Assembly (NCBI GenBank): GCA_030390025.1
Contig: CM059433.1
Span: forward strand, 22,012,001 to 22,076,000
Length of the DNA stretch: 64,000 nucleotides
From: Squalus acanthias
Lineage: Eukaryota
Direction: 5' to 3'
Shown piece by piece: positions 48,287-62,634 of this stretch. Every line of letters begins with the position of its first letter. The first letter of the stretch is position 1. Both the position numbers and the translations under genes were made by a program. Under the pieces are notes generated by a model. That model ran no database searches, was not told where the DNA came from, and was given only the letters and a program-made list of their open reading frames with translations.

Positions 48287-49705
48287 AGGATCAGTGCTTG
48301 GGCCTCAGCTATTCACAATGTACAGCAATGATTTGGATGCAAGGAGGCTTCAAGGGGATATAGACAGGCTAAGTGAGTGGGCAAGAACATGGCAAATGGA
48401 ATATAATGTGGAGAAATGTGAAGTTATCCACTTTGGTAGGAAAAACAGAAAAGCAGAGTATTTTTTAAATGGTGAGAGATTGGGAAATGTTGGTGTTCAG
48501 AGGGACCTGGGTGTCCTCATACAGGAATCACTGAAAGTTAACATGCAGGTACAGCAAGCAATTAGGAAAGCAAATGGTATGTTGGCCTTTATTACAAGAG
48601 GATTTGAGTATAAGAGTAAAGACGTCTTACTGCAATTATATAGGGCCCTGGTGAGACCGCACCTGGAGTATTGTGTACAGTTTTGGTCTCCTTACCTAAG
48701 GAAGGATATACTTGCCATAGAGGGAGTGCAACAAAGGTTCACCAGACTGGTTCCTGGGATAGGGGGATTGTCCTATGAGGACAGATTGAGAAGACTAGGC
48801 CTATATTCATAGAATCATAGAAAGTTACAGCACGGAAGGAAACCATTTCGGCCCATCGTGTCCGCACTGGCCAACAAAGAGCTATCCAGCCTAATCCCAC
48901 TTCCAGCTCTTGGTCCGTAGCCCTGCAGGTTAGAGCATCCCAAGTGCACATTCAAGTACTTTTTAAATGTGGTTAGGGTTCCTGCCTCTACCACCCTTTC
49001 AGGCAGTGAGTTCCAGACCCCCACAACCCTCTGGGTGAAGAAATTTCCCCTCAAATCCCCTCTAAACCATCCCCCAATTACTTTAAATCTGTGCCCCCTG
49101 GCTTTTGACCCCTTTGCTAAGGGAAATAGGTCCTTTCTATCCACTTTATCTTTGCCCTTCATAATTTTATACACCTCAATTAGGTCTGCCCTCAGCCTCC
49201 TCTGTTCCAAGGAAAACAGACCCAGCCTATCCAGTCTTTCTTTCATAGCTAAGATTCTCTACTACCGGCAACATCCTTGTAAATTCTCTAGAGTTTAGAA
49301 GAATGAGAGGTGATCTCATTGAAACATACAAAATTCTTACAGGGCTTGACAGGGTAGATGCAGGGAGGATGTTTCCCCTGGCTGGGGAGTCTAGAACCAA
49401 GGGTCACAGTCTCAGAATAAGGGGTCGGCCATTTAAAACTGAGATGAGGAGAAATTTCTTCACTCAGAGGGTGCTGAATCTTTAGAATTCTCTACCCCAG
49501 AGGGCTGTGGAGGCTCAGTCGTTGAGTATATTCAAGACAGAGATCGATAGATTTTTGAATATTAAGGGAATCAAGGGATATGGGGATAGTGCAGGAAAGT
49601 GGAGATGAGGTAGAAGATCAGCCGTGATCTTATTGAATGGTGGAGCAGGCTCGAGGGGCCGAATGGCCGACTCCTGCTCCTATTTCTTATGTTCTTATGT
49701 TTCTA
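48287..49705 (+). mobile_element. CR1 3' portion interrupted by an inverted CR1
   Basis: RRLGLYS|LEFRRMRGDL rejoins across 48809-49286; internal deletion of the FADD region near 48340. Confidence 0.92.
48809..49282 (-). mobile_element. CR1 3' fragment of a different subfamily, antisense and nested
   Basis: RLGLFSLEQRRLRADLIEVYKIM...; ATTCTATG-type tail; ATTC present at both junctions. Confidence 0.92.
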
Positions 49706-50126
49706 TAGGTTATAAGTCAAAAGCAAAAAACTAGCCAACATTTAGTACTGATTGGCAGTCTGGAAGAGAAGTCACAAAGATGGAGGCTATGAGAAATGAA
49801 AATGTCACAGTGTTGCAGCAGGAACTGTGTTCCTGCAGTTGAAATACGGTTAATACAGAATAGGAGGGTTGGCCGGGAGTCATTTTAACTTTCGGCGATG
49901 GTGTAAAACAAGCAATATCAGATTGGTCGGCCATTATTAAGCTGCCCGATTTACCTCTCCAGGAAAATTGAGTGGGGTATTTTCTACCTGGCAAGGCTTG
50001 ACATTTGGTCCCAAAATTGCATCCTCCAGCAGAAACCACTTCTCCTTCACAAAAAACGTTTAGCGAAATCAGTGACATGTGGAGACAATTGAGGCAGAGT
50101 GACTGAAAGCATGAGGCAAAATCATC

Positions 50127-50751
50127 GGGGGTGATTTTATCAATGGGGACGCGTTGGAGGCAGGGACTGCTGCTTGTCGGGTTTTAGTCCCGCCTCCATC
50201 GACATCCGGCCAACCCACGCTATTTTCCCTTGATTAACCTTGTTAAGCCCACCCAGCGGGCTTAGCAGGCCAATTAAGGGAAAGCCGGTGACAGAGAAAT
50301 TTTTGACAGATGGATTGTCATCGTTTGACAGCTTTGAGAAGCTGTCAAACACTGACATTCTCTGCTCTTTGGTGAGTCCTTGTACTCAAGACTCACCAAA
50401 CCTCTTTCCTGAGCAGAAATCAGATGGCTGTTGCATCGGAGAATGCAGCAGCCATTCTGTCATCTCTGCCGTGGAGATGAGGCAGCTCCGCAGCCTAAAG
50501 GGATGAAGCCTGGAGGAAGAAGCAAAGGTAAGTAATCTTATTAAAACACTTTAGAGTCACCTCACACACTTACCTCTCCACACTTGCACTCATCACTCAC
50601 CTGCACACCGGACATCTCGGCCTCTCCGACCCCCGCAGACCCATGGCTCGCCTCGCTGACCCTGGTGAGGTTCGGAGCCGTCAGGAAGCCCATACTTTAG
50701 GGCTCAAAATAGGGATTAGCCAAAAAACTGCCTGCTGGGAAAATCGCCCCC
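50127..50751. mobile_element. Harbinger-type MITE
   Basis: TIRs GGGGGTGATTTT / AAAATCGCCCCC; flanks ATC and ATA; left part related to 34675-35541. Confidence 0.8.
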
Positions 50752-53700
50752 ATAGAGGAGGGAATATCAACGGTGTGGAGCCAGTGAGAGGGGAAAACAG
50801 TAATGAGGAAATCATTGTCCATATTTTTGTAGGTAATAGTGCACAGAGACGTCTTTCTCCTTGTTTCAGTTGAGTTGACTGTTCTGGTGGTTCAGGTGAT
50901 CTTTAATGATCCCATAATACTACTTTGAAAAAGAGCAATATACTGGACAACATTCCTCCCTCTGCCGACACCACCAAAAGGAACAGAATAACTGGTCATT
51001 CATCTCAAGTCTGTTCGTAGAATCTTGTTATCTACAGAATGGCTGCTGTGTTTGACTGATATACAAAAAAGTACTTCATTGTAAGTGAGGTGCTTTGAGA
51101 CATTTCTGAGAGACATACAGAGGCCCTATGTAAATGCAAGTCTGCTATTTTTTCTTTGTTTCAAGGGCATTCCTGAGCAGGAAAGTGGAGTTGATGTCGA
51201 AGATCAGCCATGATCTTATTGAAGGCTCGAAGGGCCGTCTGGCCTACTCCTGCTCCTAATTCTTATGTTCTTATGAAAGGAAAAGGAGGAAGGAGCTGAT
51301 GTCTTCTACCAGTTAGAAGGAGAAGAGGGGACAACCAGATTCAAGAGTGGCAAATGGGAGAGGACTAGGGAAGCAATATTGGGTAGGAGCAAGGTCAAAT
51401 GGAAGAACAACAACTGAAAAGAGACAGAGAGAGATCAGTGGGGCAGGAATACAAAGGTGCATAGCTGTAGTGCCCTGTACTACCATTCAGAAGCAACTTT
51501 TGAAAAGCAATGCAGTCAAAGCACAGGTTCACTGTACCTCAAGCCATTAGAGTGCAAAAAAATTGTTACTCAATCTCTTGTGCGACTATCTTATATTAAG
51601 GTAAATTATCTTCAATGTGTCTTCTAAATATTGCTCTGAGACAATATATGTAATAGGATAAACTGATCAATGACCTGTCGATTGAAACGCATCAGGGCAA
51701 GTGTAAACCTCTGCAAGCATCTTTATGTCAATTCTTTCCTAGTTTATGTTTGCCTTTGTAAGGTATCCAAGAACAAGCAGTCTTATTACATTTTCTACAT
51801 GTGTATAAATTCTGGCTATATATATTAGTTATTTTAGTCTCTCTGTCTGCCCTGAATTATCACTGTAAGTTTTTTATGATGTAGCAAAATGCTGACTTCA
51901 TATTTAAACCGTTTGGCAGGTAAGGGTGATAGGTGAAAAATACCAGCAGTCTTCAGGTTGAATTATGAATGAACAATGTAATTTTTTGTCTTCAGGTAAC
52001 AATTAAGTCATTTTGTTAAAGTCCAAATACTTTGTTGAGTTTCGGGTTCATGGAAGAACAAAATTAAAAGGCCTGTATTTCTGACCCATTACATAAGCAT
52101 AAACTACAGTATAGACATCTGCCTACAACATATTAAACACTCAAAAGATAGTAAACTGTACAAGAAAAACAGGAAAAATGGATTGGAGTAGATAGCTCTG
52201 GTGGTATAGCTAGCACGATATGGGCACAATGATGCAACTGGTCTCCTCCTACATAGAAATTTCTGACAATCTGTGGATTTACTTAGATATTGTTATCCTT
52301 TGAAAATGTGGAATTAAAATGAGTACTGATAATTGTACTAATTTAAAATATTTTATTGATTTGCCCCATAGGACAAGAGGATATTCTTACACACTTCTTG
52401 GTGTCCTTGAGTCACTGTTCTCGCTCTGCTCTCTGCTTTAGGGCTGCTGGGCAGAGGCAGCTGAAAACAGGCATTTTGTGCAGAACTCCACCTCCAGTCA
52501 CATGCGAAGTTCGACTGACTGATCCTATGAATGGGGACAGTTTAAAGTCTCCACTTGTGATATCAGTTGGTTAGACCTAAACAACGTCACAGGAAAAGTT
52601 CTATACAGCTGTTTCTTGCCAGCAGTTTCTAAAGCAGAAAACAAAGCAACAGGAGGTGATTGAGAGATGCCAATAAGCGTACAGATATTTCACATACAGG
52701 AGTATCGGGACATAGAATCTACTTCACTTTTAATAGTGATCATTAGACTTTAAAAAAAGGCACTATTAAAGGCTCGACTGGTAAATAAATGGCCCCAGCG
52801 AGGAACTGAGCCATGCAGACAAAAGGGTAGGCTTTAACTTTCACCAGCGGACAGGAAACAGCCAGGCCAGCGGTAGGGGCAATAGATTGGCCTCGGTATC
52901 CCTGAGCTAGAAAGGAGAATAATTGGTGAGGGTTCTGACAACGGATCACTATCCAGGGACTCCTGGTAGAAAGTGCGTCTGTGTGGGTGTTGAGTCAGGA
53001 TGGCTCACATATGGGGAGTGGCCCACTTGCTGAATGTGCCGGAGAATGATTAGCAACCTTGGAACCATACCTCAGCACAAACCAGCACCTTTCGAAATAG
53101 AAGGGACAAAATTCAATTTAAAAAAACCCTCAGCATGAGTTCCTGCAGACTAATTGTAAGCGCATTTATCTAAAATTAGAACACTTTTGTACGATGACTT
53201 TTCCAAAATAAATTCTATGCAGTACGAAAAGTTGACAACAGACCGAATATTACAGTAATGGAATTGTAGTGCTGAAAAGCAACAGAGTCAACAGTATCCA
53301 CTTGGGGCTTTACCTGAACGATGCAGATAATAATGTGAATTAATGAGTGCTGATAGGAAGCTGAAATCACCACTCCCTTGGCAATTTAAAAGGAGCAACA
53401 GGGAGAATTATTGGTCAGCATGTTGCCTAGTTGACTGATGTAAGTACAAGGAAAATCCTTACAAAGCACTCTGCCAGTGATTCAGGAGCTTGTCTTAATT
53501 CTGAAGCCTCCTCACTGATCACCCAGCAAGGTGCTTTTGTTTCTCGCTATTCTGAACAGCTGATGGTGTGTTTCCGAGCCATTGGACAGCTGTTCAGGCA
53601 ATTAGCAACAGTTGGCCATAGTGAATATTGACATGGGAACGTTCACATTTGATGATTGTTCCTGGTTTGCAATGCTGTTGGAAACAGAATGTGATTAAGA

Positions 53701-54129
53701 CTGTTATGTTGCAGGGAGCTAACAAACACAATTTGACAGCCATACAGTAAGCACATTAAACATAGAAATGATGGGAGACTTTGAGATGGTGAAGCATATT
53801 TTGCCTGCTATAATATTTCCTACAGTAATACTATCAGGTGTATTTTAGAAATAAAAATTCTTAAATTGGTTTTAACTTTAGGAATCACTGGAATGTTTAT
53901 GCTTAACATTTCTCAGCAGCAGAGTCTATTTTATTAGCAACCTTATAAAGCATACTACATTTAAGGTAACAGAGTTAACCCAAGGTGTTATATTAAATAT
54001 ATGATGGCATCGTCTAGCTGCTGGAGTCATGACACCATCATCTTTGTTCTGTTGATATTAGGGACAGATGAGTTAAATAAAATAAGTTCTTTAAGAAGGA
54101 AAAAGTATAAGTTTTTTGAAAAAAATCAT

Positions 54130-57100
54130 GGGCCGTAATTTGCGGCCCCTATGGGTGCGTACGAGGTGTGTACGCACCCGTAAGGGCCGCGCAAGTTCCG
54201 GGTTTAGGCATGATCTGTCACATCCCTGGGAAAAGGGCATCCGCTGGCGGAGAGTTCTGCCCGGCGAATGCCCGTGAAATTCTTATGCCTGGTAAATAAG
54301 GCCTACTTTTATCAGCATGAGAGTTTTAAAAAACAGAAAAATAAAACTTTATCAATAACTTATACATTTAAAAACCTGTGAAATAAGGTGAGGTTATTTT
54401 TAGCCCCTTTAAAACATGTACATTTATTTTTCAAAAAATTAAATTTTTGTTTTAAATATTTAATTAAATGTCATTTTAATTAATTTTAAATATGTGCTTT
54501 CTAAAATTTATTTGAAGTGTAGAGGTATTTTTTGGGGTACTCCCAATTCCCATTTAGATCTGGTAATGTGTAACGAGGCTGGATTAATTAATGATCTTGA
54601 AGTGAAGGATCCTCTTGGGAAGAGTGATCATAGCATGGTAGAATTTCAAATTCAGTTGGAGGGTGAGAAAGCTAGGTCTCAAACTAGTGTCCTGAACTTA
54701 AACAAAGGTAATTACAAAGGTATGAAGGCAGACTTGGTTAAAGTTGTCTGGGAAAATATATTACAGGGTAAGACTGTAGAAAAGCAGTGGCAAACATTTA
54801 AGGAGATATTTCATAACTCTCAGCAAAGATATATTCCAGTGAGAAAGAAAGTCTCTAAGAGAAGGATGAACCATTAGTGGCTAACTAAGGAAGTAAAGGA
54901 TGGTATCAAATTGAAAGAAAAGGCATACAATGTTGCGAAGAATAGTGGAAGGCCAGAGGATTGGGAATTTTTAAAAAAGCAGCAATGGATGACTAAAAAA
55001 ATGATAAAAAGAGAGAAGATAGCTTATGAGAGTAAGCTGGCAAGAAATATAAAAACAGACAGTAAGAGCTTCTACAGGTATATAAAAAGGAAGAGAGTAG
55101 CTGAAGTAAATGTTGGTCCCCTAGAGGATGAGTCTGGGGAATTAATAATGGAAAACAGGGAAATGGCAGAGACCTTGAACAAATATTTTGTATCGGTCTT
55201 CACGGTAGAAGACACTAAAAGCATCCCAACAATGGATAATCAAGGGGCTATTGGGGTGGGGGGGGGGAGCTTAAAACAATCACTAAAGAGAAAGTACTAG
55301 GCAAACTAATGGGACTAAAGGTGGACAAGTCCCCTGGACCTGATGGCGTGCATCCTACAGTCTTAAAATAGGTGGCTGCAGAGATAATGGATGCATTGGT
55401 TGTAATCTACCAAAATTCCCTGAATTCTGGAGAGGTCCCAGCGGACTGGAAAACCGCAAATGTAACGCCCCTATTTAAGAAAGGAGAGAGACAGAAAGCA
55501 GGCAACTATCAACCAGTTAGCCTAACATCTGTCACTGGGAAAATGCTGGAGTCCATCATTAAGGAAGTGATAGCAGGACATTTAGAAAATCATAATATAG
55601 TCAAGCAGAGTCAGCATGGTTTTATGAAAGGGAAATCATGTTTGACAAATTTGCTGGAGTTCTTTGAGGATGCAACGAGCAGGGTGGATAAAAGGAAACC
55701 AGTAGATGTCGTGTATTTGGATTTCTAGAAGGCATTCGATAAGGTGCCATATAAAAGGTTACTACACAAGATAAGAGCTCATGGGGTTGGGGGTAATATT
55801 TTAGCATGGATAGAGGATTGGCTAACTAACAGAAAACAGAGAGTTGGGATAAATGGGTAATTTTCAGGTTGGCAAACTGTAACTAGTGGGGTGCCGCAGG
55901 GATCAGTGCTGGAGCCTCAACTATTTACAATCTATATTAATGACTTGGATGAAGGGACTGAGTGTAATGTAGCCAAATTTGCTGATGATACAAAGATAGG
56001 TGGGAAAGCAAATTGTGTGGAGGACGCAAAGAATCTCCAAAGGGATATTGATAGGCTAAGTGAGTGGGCAAAAATCTGTCAGATGGAGTTTAATGTGGGA
56101 AAATGCGAGGTTATCCACTTTGGTAGGAAAAATAAACAAGCAAATTATTATTTAAATGGAGAGAGATTACAAAATGCTGAGGTACAGAGGGATCTGGGGG
56201 TCCTTGTACATGAATCACAAAAAGTTAGCATGCAGGTACAGCAAGTAATTAGGAAGGCAAATGGAGTGTTGGCCTTTATTGCAAAGGGAATGGAGTATAA
56301 AAGTAGGGAAGTCCTGCTACAACTATACAGGGCATTAGTGAGACCACACCTGGAGTACTGCGTACAGTTTTGGTCTCCTTATTTAAGGAAGGATATACTT
56401 GCGTTGGAGGCAGTTCAGAGAAGGTTCACGAGGTTCATTCCAGAGATGAAGGGGTTATCTTATGAAGAAAGGTTGAGCAGGTTGGGCCTATACTCATTGG
56501 AGTTTAGAAGAATGAGAGGGGATCTTATTGTAACATATAAGATTCTGAAGGGGCTCGACAGGGTAGATGCAGAGAGGATGTTTCCCCTCGTGGGGGAATC
56601 TAGAACTAGGGGGCATAATTTCAGAATAAGGGAACACCCTTTTAAATTGGAAATGAGGAGGAATTTCTTCTCTCAGAGGGTCGTGAATCTTTGGAATTCT
56701 CTTCCCCAGAGAGCTGTGGAGGCTGGGTCATTGAATATATTTAAGGTGGAGATAGACAGATTTTTGAACAATAAGGGAGTCAAGGGTTATGGGGAGCGGG
56801 CAGGGAAGTGGAGTTGAGGCCAAGATCCGATCAGCCATGAACTTATTGAATGGCGGAGCAGGCTCGAGGGGCCAAATGACCTACTCCTGCTCCTACATCT
56901 TATGTTCTTATACTTATGGGTTTTCCGTATATACAGAATCTCCATAAGCATGAATGGGGATCCCCTTCTTTCATTTGTTGGTCCGGCCCACATGATCCCA
57001 GGAGTGCTTGCGAACCGCCTGCGCCCCTGGGATATGTGGGCCTCTTCCCGCGGGTACCTGGGGAGGCCCAGGACCGCAAGTCTCTGTATCTCCCGGACCA

Positions 57101-57174
57101 CCAGGTAGGCGCGGATTTTAGTTGCGGATCAGAGGCATTTCCCGCGGGAAGCCTCCGACCGCAAATTCAGGGCC
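54130..57174. mobile_element. Harbinger-type MITE split by a CR1 insertion
   Basis: TIRs GGGCCGTAATTTGCGG / CCGCAAATTCAGGGCC; internal blocks (AAGGT.AG.TTATTTTTAGCCC; GGCCCACATGATCCCAGG) shared with 15667-16360 and 58126-58846. Confidence 0.85.
54552..56909 (+). pseudogene. CR1 LINE, 5'-truncated, disrupted ORF2
   Basis: Runs from the end of EN (LDLVMCNE..GKSDH) through RT (FADD) to the 3' tail; stops near 54875, 55369, 55726 and 55858; frameshift at the poly-G near 55260. Confidence 0.95.
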
Positions 57175-57987
57175 ATTATTTTAATGCAGTTTGCTTGAGT
57201 GGATTCTGGATATCAAATCATTGAAGTTTTAGTGATTTTTATCCTGACATATCTTATTACCTCACTATGTGTGCAAGAATAGAATCATACTTCATATTGA
57301 AGATATTAGCAGTTGGCTTTGTGGCATCATGAGTATTGGCTGTTTGATTTAGAATAAAATGAATCAAAATGATACCTATTTTTGCGACCACATGAACGTC
57401 ACTATAAGTAAACATTTTAGGGTAGTGATTTAAAATATTCTTTTTCATAATATAGAGACAAGAGACAAGAGTACTGCCAGCAATATTATTATATGGATGC
57501 TTAACCCCACCCATACCAAATTGTTCTCTGTTATTTTAATGAAGGTGGTGTTAAATTCATTGGTTTAATGCCCCTACTAAAAGTAGCAAAGAGAGGAACT
57601 TGATATGAGCACATTAAATATTTGTTTGAAAGCATCATCAGCAGTAATTTCTATCCAATAATTAGAAAGCAGAAAATGCAGTGAAACCTTGCACAAAGAC
57701 CATCTGTCCATTGTACTATTTAGCAACAGGTCTGACAAACTAAGGTATTCACGTTAGAATGTAAACCAATTGTTTGTGTTAATATGACTCAAACAAATCA
57801 ATGATTCAGATTTGATCAATATTGGAAAACTTCATGCACAGAGCAACCACCCATAGTCAGTTCCAAATGGGTCATTTAGTTATGACTCAAGTCAAACACA
57901 TGAATAATCCTAAACATAGAATCCCACTATACTGAATCACTGTTCATTCATTGTGTTTTATATTAGTGCATGAAACCATTCACTGCC

Positions 57988-58122
57988 ATTGTATAAAATC
58001 GAAGTGTACCCAATCACATCCCGTTTACTTATATTGTATAAAATCGAAGTGTACCCAATCGCATCCCGTTTACTTATATTGTATAAAATTGAAGTGTACC
58101 CAATCGCATCCCGTTTACTTAT
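57988..58122 (+). repeat. 45-bp tandem repeat, 3 copies
   Basis: ATTGTATAAAATCGAAGTGTACCCAATCGCATCCCGTTTACTTAT at 57988, 58033 and 58078, each within one substitution of this consensus. Confidence 0.95.
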
Positions 58123-58125
58123 ATT

Positions 58126-58846
58126 GGCCCATATATTCCGATGCCTACGGGTGTGTATGGGCTGTGTACACACCCGTAGGGACTTCGGAAATGCCGGTTT
58201 CAGGCATGCCAAGCGCACGCACTGAAAACCGGCATTTCCGATCTGTCAAGAATGGTCTTGACAGATCGGACGCCTGCCCTAGAGAAGGGCCTCTGCGGGC
58301 AGATAGTTCCGCTTTCTGGAGAACCTCCCCCCGCAGAAAACCCTTAGAAATCTTACGCCTCGTAAGGCCTGCTTTTACCAGCATTAGAGTTGAAAAAAAG
58401 TTTTAAAAAACTAAAAAACATAAAGGTAAGTTTATTTTTAGCCCTGTAAAAAACTTTAATAATTTTTTTCAAAAAATTAAATTTTTGTTTAAAATATTTA
58501 ATTTATTGTAATTTCAACTCATTTTAAAAATGTGATTTAAAAAAAAACATTATTTAATGTTTTACAGTGTTTTTGGGGTGATCTCCATTCATATATTTGA
58601 CAGGTCTATCTGTCAAGTGTATGAAGGGAGATTCCCTTCTCCTATTGGCTCCCCATGGCCCACGTGATCCCAGGGACGCTTGCGAACCGCATGCGCCCCT
58701 GGGATATGTGGGCCCTGCACATTTCAAGTTGGAGAGGCCCAGGAACGGAAGTATATGCACCTCGGGAGCCCTCAGGTAAGTCCGTAGATTTTTTCCAGAT
58801 CGGAGGCCTCCGCATGCAGGAAGCCTCTGATCGGAAAATATAGGCC
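58126..58846. mobile_element. Harbinger-type MITE
   Basis: TIRs GGCCCATATATTCCGAT / ATCGGAAAATATAGGCC; TSD ATT on both sides. Confidence 0.9.
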
Positions 58847-58939
58847 ATTGTCTCAAATCACAGTGTAACCAATCAAGCAATCATATCCCATTCACTGCTA
58901 TTGCAGTGTATTGAACCATTACTTTCCATTAGACTTCAT

Positions 58940-61096
58940 GAGGGTTAAATTGGCCACCTAAGGTTTCAAAATGGGATCCAAGATGCGCACGCACACTTAC
59001 GACAGGAAGTGTGCAGCACGCCATCTTGGTAAAGGGGTTACACGCGCACACACATAATGACCGGCAGCATGCAGAGCAGCAAGACCATGACTTGACTCAG
59101 TGTACAACGCTAATTTGAAGCCACCACTGCCATTTTGGAATTCCACATGCCATCCAATGCCCTATCTTAACCTCATAAAGCTTAACACAGCGTTAAATGG
59201 CATGAAGAACCCCCGCCCCCACCACCAGTACTATTTAAAGGGATTATGACGTACTTACAGGTTACTTGATGGATTATTTATTCTGGCTACTGGTCCATTG
59301 TACATGTTTTTAGAGGTTTCTTATACTTGTCTAAAATATTAGTACTCTATAGGGAATGGTCTGGCTGCTCTTGCAGTCCTTTTTGTGTAATTTACAATAT
59401 TGTGCTGAAAGAAGTTGCTTCCATACGTGGGTAGCCTGGTAGGGCTTCCTTTGGGAATTGAACATGATGAGGAGATTGAGCAGAGGCCCCGCAGAGCAGG
59501 ACAAGCTGCTAGAAAAGGGAGGAGGAGGAGTGGAGCAAAGCACTTCGCAGGAGCGTTGGAAAGGATAGGCTCCAAGATCTGTGCAAGGCCCTGTACCAAC
59601 GTGGAGGTGGACTCCTCCATGCTCCTTGACATTGAGTGCAGGCTTTCTGGCAGGCTTTCCAGTGCACCAAGAATTTGGTTCTTTACACCCATCAGCCTTC
59701 TTCTGTAGCCTGGACCATTGATGTCCTCATCTGACTCCTCTGCAGCAGAACTAGTGTGCAACCTCACCCTCCGGCGAGCTGACACCTGTAGTATCCTTTC
59801 CCCTGCCCTGGCTCCTGCACACTTGTGCCTGGTATCTCACTATGTATAGGTCCCTCATCTGTCCTATCCTCTAAAGTACATGCAGTGTCAGTCTCTGAGC
59901 TGGTAGCTGCGAGAGTAAGATCAAGTGATGGTGTCGCTTCATCTTCACTGTCTTCTTCCTCTTCCTCCTCTAACTTGGAAGGTTCCAGTTCTTTGGTATC
60001 TGAAATGAAAAAGGGACAAGGGTTGGGTTGTAGTGAGGAGAGAGGAGAAAGTCAGAAGTTTGTGCTTACACAATCTACTGCTTGTGAGTCAGAAGATATT
60101 GTGGGATGAGGGAGAAGTGGGATGAGAGAAGGAGGATAAAGTATGCAGATACCCTCATCATTGCTCCCTTCAGCCCTGTCAGTGGCCATGGCCTCAGCGA
60201 TGCCCCTTCCCATGATGGCCAGCACTGTCTCCCCCATGGGGGTTAACACATGCAGGTGCGCTTGTCCTCCTCCAGTTCTTTTCTGTGGCCTCCTGTTGTG
60301 CGGCACCTTCTCCTTCAAGAAAGAGGGATGTGTGTCAGTGAGTGTCCTGCAATATGTTTGGGTGATGTGGTTGTCATGGTTGAATAGCTGCCAGTGTGTG
60401 TGAGCTGTGATTTGTGGGTGTGAGGCTTGCAACAGTGCAAAGTGTGTGAGAGTGAGGTAAACCATATGAATTGAAGGGTTGCGTACTGATTGATAGAGAT
60501 TGTTGGCAGGTGGGTGATAGGGTCCAGTTAATTGAGCATTGGATGAGGCTAGTGGTGCAGTTGGCAGGATATGCCATTTGAAGATGTACTCACTTACCTT
60601 GACAACTCGTGTCAAACCATTAAACTTCTTCCTGCACTGCATCCATATTCTATAGTCCTGACATTGACCTCAGCTGCTACTTCCTCCCACTGCCTCCTAA
60701 GCATATGTCTCGAGGGCCTCCTGCCCACCCTGTGGATACAGGACATCTCTCCTTCTCTCCATGTCTTGCACCAGTGCAGTGTCTGGAAACCTTGGTGCTG
60801 CTCTCTCGCATGTTCAGCCATTCCTCAAACTATCAGAGCACAGATTCAGATTTCAAATGACTACCACCACTTCCAGCAGCCACAGTGCACCTCCCCTTTA
60901 AGAGGTACAGGCTTCCTTTAAGTAGCACTAGCCACTCACGATGTCGGGCCCTCTGCAGCCAATGAACAGCACGGGTAGCGCTGACTGCACACAGCAATCG
61001 TAATCATGCACCAATTTAATATGCTATTGGCAACACAATGAACGGGCGTGGGTTAATCGCACAGCATGATCCTCGCGCCCGTTTTCTATCCAACCC
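58940..61096. mobile_element. further Harbinger relic (Myb gene on -, transposase largely deleted)
   Basis: MAEHARE...RRQWEEVAAEVN...MQCRKKFNGLTRVVK|gtaagt at ~60821-60598, then exon 2 (KVPHNRRPQKRTGGG...LTPMGETVLAIMG) and exon 3 remnants; ends approximate. Confidence 0.78.
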
Positions 61097-62634
61097 ATTA
61101 ATACTGATTCCTGTTTAGTAGAATTCAAAAACTCGTCAATCTAATGCAAAAATTGACTTAAACTGTCACCTCAAATTCATATTGCAATACTCAGGACATG
61201 AAATATTAGGCAACGCAGTGCAAAATTTCACCTTGTGTATAAGTTTCATGTTTTTGTTAAACATTTAATTTTTAATTGCTGAATGGATAATTGACTCTTC
61301 TGCAGCAAGACAATTTGCAAATTGGCTATTTTTCTCTGTAGTTTATAGAATACCTAGTCCCAGGATCGTCGTGATCCAATCATACAAATTCCTGGCAGAC
61401 TATTTATGTATTTTCCAGGGTTCAGCTGTACTTGCTTGCTTGATAATTGTGCAGTTGTGCTAATAGAGCCAAATTAGAAAATCACCACCTTCACATTGTC
61501 CTTCAGTTATAGTCTAGCTGCAGTGAGGTATGTGGTGCGCTCAGCCAGTCAAGTCTCACAAGGCATAGCATTGCAATTTGTTTGTGTCAGGACAATTCCT
61601 CAGGCACTTTTAGCCTTCTGGTATCTTACCCAAGTGGCAATTCTCATGCCTGAGCCAAGACAGTGAGCGTCTCCAGGCTATTATCCCACGGTGGTCCTCA
61701 CAGCAATGCCCAATTCTGTTCTCACCTGACATGCATACCCATCTCACTTTCCAGCAGGGGTTACTATATAATAATCAGGACGGTGAAAATGGATTATTTT
61801 TTTTCTCCTTCTTTGCCAGGGGTGACTGAGGCCACTTGTAGCACTCAGCTCATGCCCTAGCTAAGATCAACTAACTTCGCACAGACCAACAATCAAATCT
61901 GGGATTTCCGATCTCTGGTTCAGTACCATGCTAACACTAGAACCTCACACTGCAATTAATAAATTTGTTGTAACCTCACACTGTTACTGTTGGTGACACT
62001 ACAGGCTTCACACTACTGTCAACACAGATGTTCAACACACCACGTTGATATTTGCATGGACACTTCAATATAATTGGCATTAACAGAATACAACACAATT
62101 GACTATCCTCTTAATAATGTGCACTTTATCCCAGAGGTAAATCGTGTTTTATTGAATAACAGGGGTGAATGCTAAGTAAGCATTTATTTAGTGTTTTGCA
62201 TTTTTATTGACTAAATAAAGCACTTAAATATTTTAGGTACGGAGCAGTAAAATGAATCTGTATTAATGAGAAGATACTACTTCTTTAATTTTAATTTTAT
62301 TTTGGAGTTTTGGCCCTGAACTTCACTGGGGGTTCCATCGGCTCACTGTTGTAACTCCAGCAGGAGATTTGAAGACCCCTAAGGGAAACACTGCAAATGG
62401 TTGAAAAAGCCCCTTACACAATTCCTTGGGAGCCTGCAGTGAGGAGATGTGGCTAACAGTCAATCAATCTACAGACACTAAAGTCCCTACATGAGTATAA
62501 TCCCCTTCAATGCAAAGCCACTTGATAATGTCATACAGAGTCTTGCTCTTTCTCTCCTTTCTAACAGTCTAGGCTCCCTTAAGCCTGATAGCACCTTGCC
62601 TGACAGTAGATTCTGTCTCTTCATGAACCTTAAT

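Noticed and set aside
57988..58122. CRISPR-like array
   Set aside because: Units are contiguous with no unique spacers, there are no cas genes, and the context is a eukaryotic intron. The same applies to 45717-46012 and 23505-23614.
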